Of a DNA stretch of 51,990 nucleotides, positions 34,568 to 43,218 are shown piece by piece. The first letter of the stretch is position 1; each line of letters starts with the position of its first letter. Position numbers and translations under genes: made by a program. The DNA lies in NCBI GenBank assembly GCA_035624375.1, contig DASPRR010000122.1, forward strand, positions 1 to 51,990, written 5' to 3'. The notes under the pieces are model-generated. The model was not told the DNA's origin. It made no database searches and saw nothing but the letters and a program-made list of their open reading frames with translations. Origin of the DNA: Thermodesulfobacteriota bacterium. GTDB taxonomy: Bacteria; Desulfobacterota; SM23-61.

Positions 34568-35551
34568 TTATTGGACCTTGATTCCTTTTTCCCGATAGTA
34601 TTTGATCGCCCCGGGGTGGAAGGGAAGGGAGGAACCCACCGTTGCCGAAGCCAGAGTGAAATTGCTGGCCTCTTTATGGACGGCTACCAACTCGGGCTGA
34701 TGCTCGAGGAGGACCTTAAGAATGTTGTACACCAGGCTCTCCTCCATCTTCTCCCGGCAGATGAGGAGATTGGCCACGCAGGCCACCGGGACATCCGCAT
34801 CCATGCCTGTATAGGTGTTTCGGGGAATGTCACGCTTGAAGTAAATGGGGCCATATTTCTGGATCATCCGGTCGAGGTGTTCCGCATTGTTCAAGATGCG
34901 GATTTTGACTCCCGGGGTCGCAGCCAGGTCCATGACCGCGGCCGTGGGCAGGCCTCCCACCCAGCCGAAGGCGTCCACTTTCCGGTCTTTGAGGGCGCCC
35001 GCCGATTCAGCCACCCCCAGGCGTTCTTTTTTGATGTCCTTATCCGGATTGATTCCGTAGCTCTCCAGGACTCTCAGGGCCATGACCTCGGTCCCGCTCC
35101 CGGGGGACCCGGTGGAAACCCGCTTTCCCTTCAAGTCGGTGATGGATTTGATTCCCAGGCCGTCGACGGTCACGAAGTGCATGTAATTGGGGTAGACCAC
35201 GGCGACCGTTCGAATAGCCTGGGGGCCCGTGGTTTTGAACCGCTCCAAACCCTTGTCGGCGTCATAGCCGGTATCGGCCATGATCAGGGCAAGGTCGGCT
35301 TTCCCGGCGTGGATCAGCTTGCAGTTGTCTACGGAAGCCGAGGTCACTTCGGCGGTGGCCTCTGTGTTGGGGACGTACTTGGAGATGACATTGGCCATCC
35401 CGCCCCCCAGGGGATAATACACGCCCCCGGTGCCTCCGGTGGCGAGGGAGAGCCGGTTGGCTTTTGTTTGCGCCCCTGCCGCGCCGGAAAAAACGATGAA
35501 GCCGGTGAAGATGAAAATCAGTGAAAAGACCCCTCCGGTTTTGGTTGCCAT
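34568..35551 (-). CDS. TRAP transporter solute receptor, TAXI family (copy 2, paralogue)
   Basis: Track ORF 34568..35581, trimmed to ATG 35551, which follows AAGGAGGA with a 5-nt spacer. LATGGTGGVYYPLGGGMA and FHPGAIKYYREKG. Clearly paralogous to copy 1. Confidence 0.9.
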   Translation of the reverse strand: MATKTGGVFSLIFIFTGFIVFSGAAGAQTKANRLSLATGGTGGVYYPLGGGMANVISKYVPNTEATAEVTSASVDNCKLIHAGKADLALIMADTGYDADKGLERFKTTGPQAIRTVAVVYPNYMHFVTVDGLGIKSITDLKGKRVSTGSPGSGTEVMALRVLESYGINPDKDIKKERLGVAESAGALKDRKVDAFGWVGGLPTAAVMDLAATPGVKIRILNNAEHLDRMIQKYGPIYFKRDIPRNTYTGMDADVPVACVANLLICREKMEESLVYNILKVLLEHQPELVAVHKEASNFTLASATVGSSLPFHPGAIKYYREKGIKVQ

Positions 35552-35728
35552 GTCTTCCTCCTTTTCATGGGCAAAGGGCATAGAGTTAACGGATTTAAGA
35601 AAATCAAAAGACTCTTGCCACTCCGCTCATTTCCCAACGCAAAAAAAGAAGGGCATCGAACAACAAGCCCAGGGTGGAGAGGATAAGACCCAAGGCGCTA
35701 TGCTCTATTCCCTCCACTCCCTGAGGCT

Positions 35729-36922
35729 TTAAATTACTTTGCCTTCCTTCAGACGGGCGATTTTTTCTTTATCGTATCCCAGCACTTCGTGAAGAACCGA
35801 TTCGGTATGTTCTCCCAGAAGGGGAGGGGGAATTCGGTATTGGACGGGAGTCTTGGATAGTTTCATGGGAGACCCCACGAGTTTGAACTTGCCGACCTTC
35901 GGGTGCCCCATCTCCACCAGCATCTCCCGGGCCAAGACCTGGGGATCGGCAAAGACCCGGTCGATGGTGTTGATGGGACCGATGGGGATCTCGGCTTCAC
36001 CGAGGAGCTTGAGCCACTCCCCGGAGTCTCGTTGGAGGAAAACTTCCTGGAGAAGGGGAACGAGTTTCTTGCGATTTTCCACTCGTTTCGGGTTGGTGGC
36101 GTACTGGGGGTCGTCCATGAGATGCTCGATCCGGGCAATCTTGCAGAACTTCTTCCACTGATTGTCGTTTCCGACCCCCAGGGCGAGGTAGATGCCGTCC
36201 TTGGCTTTGAAGGTTTCGTAGGGAACGATGTTGGGGTGGGCGTTGCCCATCCGGCGGGGAACCTTCCCCGACACCAGGAAGTTGCTGGCCTGGTTGGCCA
36301 GCCAGGCTACCTGGGCGTCCAGAAGGGCCATATCGATGTATTGCCCTTCGCCGGTCTTTTCCCGGTAGTGAAGAGCAGCCAGGATTGCGGAGCAGGCAAA
36401 AAGGCCGGCAGTGATGTCCACGATGGCCACCCCCACCTTCATGGGAGAACCTTCTTCCTCACCGATGATGGACATAAGCCCGCCCTGAGCCTGGAGGATG
36501 AAGTCGAAACCGGGAAGGTCGCGGTAGGGGCCGTTTTGCCCGTACCCGGTGACGGAGGCGTAGATAATTTTGGGGTTGATGGCCCGGACATCTTCATAGC
36601 CCAGGTTCATTTTGGCCAGGTCACCGGGGAGGAAATTCTCCAGAAGAATGTCGCTCCGCTGGGCCAGACGGCGGATGATCTCCTGTCCCTCCTTCTTCTT
36701 GAGGTCCACGGTGATGCACTTCTTGTTCCGGTTGGTGCACAGGTAATAAGCGCTCAGCTCCCCTACCCAAGGGGGACCCCAGTGACGGGTCTCATCCCCG
36801 ACCCCGGGGCGTTCCACGCGAATGATTTCCGCCCCCAGATCGCCCAACATCATACTGCAGTAAGGCATAGCCAGGACCCGCGAAAGGTCCAGGATTTTCA
36901 AATCAGCCAGGGCTTGCGGCAT
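35729..36922 (-). CDS. Family III CoA-transferase (CaiB/BaiF family)
   Basis: Track ORF 35729..36952. The first ATG lies inside a palindromic repeat, so I prefer ATG 36922 (MPQALADLKILDLSRVLAMPYCSMMLGDLGAEIIRVERP...), the canonical family III N-terminus. Confidence 0.85.
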   Translation of the reverse strand: MPQALADLKILDLSRVLAMPYCSMMLGDLGAEIIRVERPGVGDETRHWGPPWVGELSAYYLCTNRNKKCITVDLKKKEGQEIIRRLAQRSDILLENFLPGDLAKMNLGYEDVRAINPKIIYASVTGYGQNGPYRDLPGFDFILQAQGGLMSIIGEEEGSPMKVGVAIVDITAGLFACSAILAALHYREKTGEGQYIDMALLDAQVAWLANQASNFLVSGKVPRRMGNAHPNIVPYETFKAKDGIYLALGVGNDNQWKKFCKIARIEHLMDDPQYATNPKRVENRKKLVPLLQEVFLQRDSGEWLKLLGEAEIPIGPINTIDRVFADPQVLAREMLVEMGHPKVGKFKLVGSPMKLSKTPVQYRIPPPLLGEHTESVLHEVLGYDKEKIARLKEGKVI

Positions 36923-36939
36923 AGAATTCCCCCAGCTGT

Positions 36940-36963
36940 AGGGGCAATTCATGAATTGCCCCT
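36940..36963. repeat. Perfect 24-nt palindrome aggggcaattcatgaattgcccct (repeat family B)
   Basis: Read directly. It sits in the 53-nt gap between the carboxyltransferase and CoA-transferase genes. Confidence 0.8.
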
Positions 36964-36975
36964 CCGCTCAGTTGA

Positions 36976-38541
36976 TTAGAGGTTGATGTTGGAATATTTC
37001 CTCCAGGGCCGTGCTTCGGACTTATTCTCCAGCACGTCCAGGCAGCGGTTGATGATCTTTCGCGTGTCGCGGGGCATGATGACGTCATCCAGGTAATTCC
37101 GTTCCGCGCCCCGGTACGGGTTCTCATAGAGATCGCTGTAGAGCTGGATGCGCTGCCTCCGGGTCTCCTCCGGGTTGGGGGAGCTTTTGATCTCTTTGGC
37201 GAAGATGACGCTGGCCGCGGTGTCGGCGCCCACGATGGTAACTTTCGCCTGGGGCCAGGCGAACATGAAATCCGCCCCGGTGTCCTTGCAGCACATCCCC
37301 AGGTAGGCCCCCGCATAGGATTTGCGCACAATCACGGAAATCTTGGGCACCGTAGCGTCGATGTAGGCGTAAAGCATCTTGGCTCCGTGACGGAGGATGC
37401 CCTTCCACTCCTGTTCCGGGCCGATCCAGTACCCGGGGGTATCGTGGAGGTTCACCAGGGGGATGCCGAAGAGATCGCAGAAGCGGACGAAACGGGCCAC
37501 CTTGTCCGCGGCGTCGCAGTCGATGGCCCCCGCCTTGGACATGGGCTGGGAGGCTACGATCCCCGCGGGTCGGCCGTGAAAACGGGCGAAACCGACGATC
37601 ACATTAGTGGCGTGATTTTTCTGGGTCTCGAAGAAGGACCCGTCGTCCACGATGCGGGCAATCACCTTATGCATGTCGAAAGGCTTGGAAGGGGTCTCGG
37701 GAATGAGCGTGTCCAGTTCGGGAGTCGGGCGGTCCGGGTCGTCCGAAGTCGCTTTCCGGGGAGGCCTCTCCCGGTTATTCGACGGCAGAAAGGCCAGGAG
37801 CTCTTTGGCCCGGTCCAGGCAGTCCTTGTCGTCTTCGGCCACGTAATGAGTTTGGCCGGTCTTATAGGCGTGAGCCTTGACGCCGCAGAGTTCTTCCAGG
37901 GAGATTTCCACGCCGGTTTGAGTCTTAACGAAAGCCGGGCCGGCGATCCCCATGAAACCGGTCTTGCGGGTCTGGAAGATGAAGTCCTGCATGATGGGAT
38001 GGTAGGCCTGCCCCCCCAGGCAGGGTCCCATGAGGAGGGCAATCTGGGGGACGATCCCGGATGCCAGGATCTGGGAGCGGAAAAGCCAGGCGTAAGCCTG
38101 GAGGGTATCCATCCCCTCCTGCAGGCGGGCGCCGCCTGAATCATTCATGCCCACGAAGGGCCAGCCTTTGTCCTTGGCGAAGTCAATGGCCTGGGAGAAT
38201 TTTTTTCCGTGGTATTCGCCGAAGGTACCGGCCATGGCCGTATAGTCCTCGGCTCCCACCACCACCATTCTTCCATTCACCTTGCCGAATCCGGTCACCA
38301 CGCCCTCGGCGGGCACCTCGCGCTTGTCCATACCGAAGGCGGTGGTGCGGTTACGGACGAACATCCCCAACTCGGTGAAGGTCCCGGGGTCAAAAAAGTA
38401 TTCAACCCGCTCCCGGGCGCTCATTTTGCCTTCCTTATGCTGGCCGGCGATGGCTTGCGGGCCTCCCATCTGTTTGATTTTGGTGGCCCGCTCCTGGTAG
38501 TCTTTGTACAGGGCTTCAAAGCCCTTTTCTTTGTATTCCAT
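36976..38541 (-). CDS. Acyl-CoA carboxyltransferase (PccB / MmdA / decarboxylase alpha-type)
   Basis: 521 aa with the two-domain carboxyl transferase pattern (GKMSARERVEYFFDPGTF, DSGGARLQEG, PQIALLMGPCLGGQAY, GYWIGPEQE). RBS AGGAGAAGG. Confidence 0.85.
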   Translation of the reverse strand: MEYKEKGFEALYKDYQERATKIKQMGGPQAIAGQHKEGKMSARERVEYFFDPGTFTELGMFVRNRTTAFGMDKREVPAEGVVTGFGKVNGRMVVVGAEDYTAMAGTFGEYHGKKFSQAIDFAKDKGWPFVGMNDSGGARLQEGMDTLQAYAWLFRSQILASGIVPQIALLMGPCLGGQAYHPIMQDFIFQTRKTGFMGIAGPAFVKTQTGVEISLEELCGVKAHAYKTGQTHYVAEDDKDCLDRAKELLAFLPSNNRERPPRKATSDDPDRPTPELDTLIPETPSKPFDMHKVIARIVDDGSFFETQKNHATNVIVGFARFHGRPAGIVASQPMSKAGAIDCDAADKVARFVRFCDLFGIPLVNLHDTPGYWIGPEQEWKGILRHGAKMLYAYIDATVPKISVIVRKSYAGAYLGMCCKDTGADFMFAWPQAKVTIVGADTAASVIFAKEIKSSPNPEETRRQRIQLYSDLYENPYRGAERNYLDDVIMPRDTRKIINRCLDVLENKSEARPWRKYSNINL

Positions 38542-38559
38542 GGTAAGGCCTTCTCCTGG

Positions 38560-39717
38560 TTACCGGTTGGCTTTGCGGTATCCCAACTGGTCCATGGCGA
38601 TAATCGTCTTTTGGATGTTGGCCGTGCCTTCGACGATGGAAATGGACTTCGCATCTCGGTAGTAACGAGCCACCGGGTATTCCGTAGAATAGCCGTAGGC
38701 GCTGAGAATCCTCATGGCGAAGTCCGCCGCCCGTCCAGCCACCTCTCCGGCATAGTATTTGGCCATGGAGGTCTCCAGCACGTTATTCAGCATCCCTTCG
38801 TCTTTCTGCAATGCCGCCCGGTACACCAGGAAGCGGGCCGCTTCGATCTCCGTGGCCATGATGGCGATCATGTCCTGATTCATCTGGTACTGGCCGATCT
38901 GCTGGCCGAACTGGCTGCGCTCGTTGCAGTACTTGACCGCTGCCTCGAGGCAGGCCTGGGCGATTCCGACACCTCCGGCGGCGCAGGAGAGGCGGGTCTG
39001 GTTCAGGGACCCGAAAACGTGTTTGACCCCTTCGCCCAGCTCCCCCAGAACGGCTTCCTTGGGAACCTTGACATCTTCCAGGATGATCTCTCCCGTGGGG
39101 GCAGAATGGAGTCCCAGCTTGTCCAAGGGCCGGGTGGAGACTCCAGGTTGGTGCATATCCAGAAGGAACGTGGAAAGCCCTCTGCTCTTGGCCGCCGGGT
39201 CGTGGTAGGCATAGAGAATGCACAGGTCGGCCACCTGGGCATTGGAGATCCAGGTCTTGGAGCCGTTGACCAGGAAGAAATCCCCCTTGGGGATGGCGGT
39301 GGTCTTCATGGACATCACGTCGGAGCCGGCGTTGGGCTCGGTGATGGCAAAGCAGCTGATGAATTCCGTGGAAACCAGCTTGGGGATGTATTTCTTTTTC
39401 TGCTCTTCGGTTCCGTAGCGGTAGATGGAGAGGGCGGGGCCGAAAGTCTGCATGTTGAAGGTGACCCGGAGAGAGGCGCTGGCCCTGGCAATCTCCTCGG
39501 TGATGATTGTCCCGGCCAGGAATCCCATCCCATTGCCGCCGTATTTTTCGGGGACCAGGGTTCCGTAGAAGCCCAAGTCTCCCATTTTCCTGATCACTTC
39601 CCGGGGGAAGTAGTTTTCATTCTCCCATTTATCCGCAAAAGGAATGATTTCCTTCTCGGCAAAATCACGGGCTGTTTCACGGATGGCTTGCAGTTCCTCG
39701 CTTAGCTTGAAGTCCAT
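38560..39717 (-). CDS. Acyl-CoA dehydrogenase, glutaryl-CoA dehydrogenase-like by sequence recollection and context
   Basis: Track ORF 38560..39750, trimmed to ATG 39717 after GGGAGGG (MDFKLSEELQAIRE...). ACAD motifs CFAITEPNAGSD and NGSKTWISNA are present, with a C-terminal YPVARYYRDAK...QLGYRKANR. Substrate assignment is inference. Confidence 0.85.
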   Translation of the reverse strand: MDFKLSEELQAIRETARDFAEKEIIPFADKWENENYFPREVIRKMGDLGFYGTLVPEKYGGNGMGFLAGTIITEEIARASASLRVTFNMQTFGPALSIYRYGTEEQKKKYIPKLVSTEFISCFAITEPNAGSDVMSMKTTAIPKGDFFLVNGSKTWISNAQVADLCILYAYHDPAAKSRGLSTFLLDMHQPGVSTRPLDKLGLHSAPTGEIILEDVKVPKEAVLGELGEGVKHVFGSLNQTRLSCAAGGVGIAQACLEAAVKYCNERSQFGQQIGQYQMNQDMIAIMATEIEAARFLVYRAALQKDEGMLNNVLETSMAKYYAGEVAGRAADFAMRILSAYGYSTEYPVARYYRDAKSISIVEGTANIQKTIIAMDQLGYRKANR

Positions 39718-39735
39718 ATTTCCCTCCCGGAAAAA

Positions 39736-39860
39736 AGTCACAGGTCTCAAGTCTCAGGTCCCAAGCAATAGTTCCCAGGCTTCAGACCCCAGGTGTCGAG
39801 TTCGAGAATTACGGCTTATGACTTGTGGCCTGAGACTTGTGACTTGAAGCTTATGACTTT
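39736..39860. repeat. Intercistronic imperfect inverted repeat built from gtctca/gacttg units, plus direct repeat gcttatgactt x2
   Basis: agtcacaggtctcaag (39736-39751) versus cctgagacttgtgact (39829-39844), 14 of 16 positions complementary. caagtctcagg (39748-39758) is an alternative perfect partner. Confidence 0.6.
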
Positions 39861-40074
39861 ATTCGATGACTGCCAGGACCATGTCGGTTTCGCAGGTCTG
39901 GCCGACGGAAACCTTGATTTCCTTTACCACGCCGGAGGCGGGAGCCACTATGGGCATCTCCATTTTCATGGCTTCCAGGACGGCGATTTCATCGTCTTCT
40001 TTGACCTGGTCTCCGACTTTCACTTTAATGTCCACGATCTTTCCCACCATGGGAGCAGTTACGTTATGGGCCAT
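39859..40074 (-). CDS. Biotin carboxyl carrier / biotinyl-domain protein (GcdC/MmdC-like)
   Basis: Track ORF 39859..40200, trimmed to ATG 40074 after AAGGAG. 71 aa with the biotinylation motif LEAMKME. Confidence 0.8.
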   Translation of the reverse strand: MAHNVTAPMVGKIVDIKVKVGDQVKEDDEIAVLEAMKMEMPIVAPASGVVKEIKVSVGQTCETDMVLAVIE

Positions 40075-40199
40075 ACAGAGTCTCCTTTCCGTTTCCTTTT
40101 CTTTTTGATTTAAAACCGCAGGAAGCGCAACCCAAAGGTCTGCTTGACGGTTTTTCCCCGAGGAATCTTCAGGGAGGAACGTCTTCACCGAACTATCCA

Positions 40200-40228
40200 C
40201 CTATAACCTATGGTTTTTATTTTGTCAA
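40200..40228 (-). promoter_or_regulatory. Candidate sigma-70 promoter for the minus-strand island (TTGACA-N17-TATAGG)
   Basis: The revcomp of 40223-40228 is TTGACA and the revcomp of 40200-40205 is TATAGG, about 120 nt upstream of the biotin-carrier ATG. Confidence 0.3.
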
Positions 40229-40450
40229 TATGAATAGTTCCTTAAAGTTTTGGGCACCTGAAGGGCTTCCATCGGCCAAATTCGGAAGGGGAAAAAGGGG
40301 TGGGGGTGGGCCCATCGGAAATCTCCTTGCACCCTTCCATATTTTTGAAGTTGACTTTTCCTCATGGGGGTATCAATATTTACGGGGTGTAGAAAAACCG
40401 TCCGGGTTGCCACGGGTTCCACCTCTGAATGGAAGGAATGATTTTCCTCG

Positions 40451-41830
40451 ATGATGCGCTCCCAAGGATTCCAGAAATTTGCCAGGAGGCTGAACCTCTG
40501 GGTGGCTTATTTTGTCCCCCACTCCTTTCTCTTCGTTATCCTGCTAACCTTTCTCGTATATTTTTTGGGTATCCTGGTTACCTACCAAGGCCCCTTCGAC
40601 ATGGTACAATTTTGGGTCCGGGGAGTTTGGAACCTTCTTTCTTTTTCCATGCAAATGGTTCTCCTGGTGGCCGCCGGGTTCAGCGTTGCCAGCGCCCCCT
40701 TGAGCCAAAGAGTCCTTCGTTTTCTGGCCGCCCTTCCCTCTTCTCCCCGGGGGGCGGTCTTGTTTCTCACCGCCTTTACCGCCCTTTGCTCCCTGTTGCA
40801 TTGGGGGCTGGGAATCATCGCCGGCTCTTTTTTGGCCAGAGAAATGGGGAGAAGAGTCTCCGGCATCGATTATCCTCTTCTGGTGGCCAGCGCCTTTATC
40901 GGAATGGCCTCTGGAAACTTGGGCCTCTTCGCCTCTGACCCCGTAGTGATTCGAAAGGCGGCCCCTTTTCTAGAAAAAGCCATGGGCTCAAGCCCCACCC
41001 CGGAAACCGCCTGGAGTCTAGTGAGCCTTCTAGGGTTCATCCTTGGATTGGCCGCTGTTATGGCCATGCTGGGGGTCCTCTCCCCCGAAGAGAAGGAGGC
41101 CACTCCTCCCGGGCGAGAACTGCTGGAGCGCTTTGAAAGAGAGGACCGGGCTGAGCTAGGTACCATCGCCGCAGAGCGGGAGGTGCATCAGAAAGGGAAA
41201 TTGGCCTTTGGCGTATGGCTTGAACACAGCCGCTGGCCGGTATGGCTTATCTCCATCATGGGCTTTTCCTACATCGTTTTTTGGTTTTACGGGCAAGGCT
41301 TTGCCTTCAACCTGAATACTCTGATCTTTGTCCTTTTCACCCTGGCCCTTTCCCTTCATGACACCCCCATGCATTTCCTGCAATCTCTGGAAAACTCGGC
41401 CCGGGCCGCCCACGGGATCATCGTCCAGTTCCCGTTTTATGCCGGCACCCAGGGCATGCTGGCCTCCTCCGGACTTGCGGCCCTGGCCACGGCTTGGGTT
41501 CTCTGGCTGATCGGCCCGGCTACCTACCCCACCCTGATTTTTCTCCATGCGGTGGTGCTGAACCTCTTCGCCCCCACATCCGGGGGCGTCTGGGAGGTCC
41601 AGGGGCCCCTGATGGCAAAGGCCGCCCAGAGCCTGGAGCTTCACTTTCCCCGGGTCATCCAGGCCTTTTCCTCGGGGGAAATGTTGGGCAACGTCATTCA
41701 CCCCTTCTGGACGATTCCCCTGATGGGAATCTGCGGCCTGTCGGTGAGGGATATCATGGGTTACTGTCTGATCGCCTTCGTCCTTCTTTCAGCCATATGG
41801 GTCTTGTGCGTCAACCTTTTGCCAGTTTAG
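40451..41830 (+). CDS. atoE: Short-chain fatty acid transporter (AtoE family)
   Basis: 459 aa polytopic protein. The N-terminal FARRLNLWVAYFVPHSFLFVILLTFLV and overall layout fit the AtoE/TIGR00366-type family as I recall it. Confidence 0.65.
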   Translation: MMRSQGFQKFARRLNLWVAYFVPHSFLFVILLTFLVYFLGILVTYQGPFDMVQFWVRGVWNLLSFSMQMVLLVAAGFSVASAPLSQRVLRFLAALPSSPRGAVLFLTAFTALCSLLHWGLGIIAGSFLAREMGRRVSGIDYPLLVASAFIGMASGNLGLFASDPVVIRKAAPFLEKAMGSSPTPETAWSLVSLLGFILGLAAVMAMLGVLSPEEKEATPPGRELLERFEREDRAELGTIAAEREVHQKGKLAFGVWLEHSRWPVWLISIMGFSYIVFWFYGQGFAFNLNTLIFVLFTLALSLHDTPMHFLQSLENSARAAHGIIVQFPFYAGTQGMLASSGLAALATAWVLWLIGPATYPTLIFLHAVVLNLFAPTSGGVWEVQGPLMAKAAQSLELHFPRVIQAFSSGEMLGNVIHPFWTIPLMGICGLSVRDIMGYCLIAFVLLSAIWVLCVNLLPV

Positions 41831-41917
41831 TTCAATAAGCAAAGCTGGCAGCTGATAGGGCTTGGAAAAGCCCATGAATGATCAGTCGTGAGCTATGACT
41901 CTTGGAGGGGAGGTTTA

Positions 41918-42958
41918 ATGCCTGAAATCACCAGCCGTGACCGAATCCGAGCGGCGATGAAGCGGACGTATGCCGACCGCATTCCCTACAGCTTGACCCT
42001 CGGGCCTTTCCGGGCGAGAGTTCTGGGATGCTCCCCGCGTCAATATTATCAAGAGGGGAGTAAACTGGCCCATTCTACTTTGATCTGTCATGAAATGTTC
42101 CAGCATGACAGCGTGGAGGTGGGCTGGGACATCTTCCTGGAGGCTGAAGCAGCAGGGGCGGAATTGGAATTTCCGGACGATGGGGTTCCGCAAGTGAGAA
42201 AACACGCGCTCTCTCGGAAGGCGGCGATTTCGGCTCTCCAAATTCCCCGGCCTGAATCCAGCGGGAGATACCCCCTCTATCTGGAAGCCTGCAGGACCGT
42301 GGCAAGTTCCCTTCGGGAGGTGGCCATGTCTGGAACGGTTACTGGCCCGTGGACTATTGCTGCCGGTCTGAGGGGGACTCAGGAGTTGATCTACGACACC
42401 GTGGACGATCCTGGGTTTGTGGGGGAGCTCCTAAAATTCACCACGGAAGTGACCCAGATTCTGGGGGCCGGGGTGGTCGAGACCGGTCTCGGCCTGACCA
42501 TGGGGGAAGCGGCTTCTTCCTGCAGCCTGATCTCTCCGGCGATTTACCGCCGCTTCATCAAGCCCTGCCACCAGAATATCGTCCAGTTCTTTCGGGAGAA
42601 AAAAATAAACCTTTCCCTGCATATTTGCGGACACATCGATCCCCTCATGGAGGACCTGATGGATTTGGGGATCGTGGCCTTAAGCATGGACAGCCCGTCT
42701 TCCCTGAAAAGGATGGTGGAGGTCTCCCAAAAGAGAATCCTCCTTTTGGGAAACGTGGCGACTTCTCTTTTTGTCAGCGGAAGCCGGGAGGAGATTGAGA
42801 ACTCGGTGAAGGAGTGTATTCGGACCGCAGCCCCCGGCGGGGCGTTCATCCTGTCCTCGGGCTGCGAGCTTCCCTACAATGCCACGGTCGAGAGGGCTCG
42901 GTTCTTTATCGCCGCGGCCAGGAAATATGGGAGGCCCGAGTGGTTTCTCGCCAAATAG
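41918..42958 (+). CDS. Uroporphyrinogen decarboxylase (URO-D) family protein, MtaA/CmuA-like methyltransferase subgroup
   Basis: The track ORF starts at GTG 41888. ATG 41918 follows GGAGGGGAGG. SRDRIRAAMKRTYADRIP..., HICGHI and ILSSGCELP are typical of this family. Confidence 0.7.
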   Translation: MPEITSRDRIRAAMKRTYADRIPYSLTLGPFRARVLGCSPRQYYQEGSKLAHSTLICHEMFQHDSVEVGWDIFLEAEAAGAELEFPDDGVPQVRKHALSRKAAISALQIPRPESSGRYPLYLEACRTVASSLREVAMSGTVTGPWTIAAGLRGTQELIYDTVDDPGFVGELLKFTTEVTQILGAGVVETGLGLTMGEAASSCSLISPAIYRRFIKPCHQNIVQFFREKKINLSLHICGHIDPLMEDLMDLGIVALSMDSPSSLKRMVEVSQKRILLLGNVATSLFVSGSREEIENSVKECIRTAAPGGAFILSSGCELPYNATVERARFFIAAARKYGRPEWFLAK

Positions 42959-43146
42959 TCGCATGGTCGATCGGTCCGGGAGTTGAATGGAACCATTGTC
43001 GTTGGAGGATTTTTCCATAAGGCAGGACAGGCTAAAATTCAAAAACCCATCGGCATCATGACGACCCGACTATGTGACTCAATGACGACCTGAACTGAAG
43101 CCCGATGCCTATCCCTCAAACCATTCTTCAACTCCCAAGTTTTTCC

Positions 43147-43174
43147 TTGACAATCAAAATACCCATTCTATAAT
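43147..43174 (+). promoter_or_regulatory. Consensus sigma-70 promoter TTGACA-N16-TATAAT
   Basis: Both hexamers are perfect (43147-43152 and 43169-43174), 45 nt upstream of ATG 43219. Confidence 0.65.
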
Positions 43175-43218
43175 TTCACTTATTTTTTCTCTCCTAATTA
43201 TTCAGCGAAGGACGAAAC

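Noticed and set aside
34418-35524. 368-aa plus-strand ORF
   Set aside because: It is antisense to the TAXI receptor gene. Long open antisense frames are expected in GC-rich coding DNA, and it has no motifs.
35604-35620. Minus-strand TGGCAA-gagtc-TTTTGA upstream of TAXI copy 2
   Set aside because: The -12 GC dinucleotide is absent.
35903-36979. 358-aa plus-strand ORF
   Set aside because: It is antisense shadow of the family III CoA-transferase gene.
38209-39705. 498-aa plus-strand ORF
   Set aside because: It is antisense shadow of the acyl-CoA dehydrogenase and carboxyltransferase genes, with Gly/His/Val/Asp-rich low-information composition.
40251-40267. Sigma-54-like element gGGCACctgaaggGCtt upstream of atoE
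   Set aside because: The GG/GC spacing is right, but the -12 box lacks TTGC and the -24 box lacks the leading T. It lies ~185 nt from the start codon and is too weak to call.
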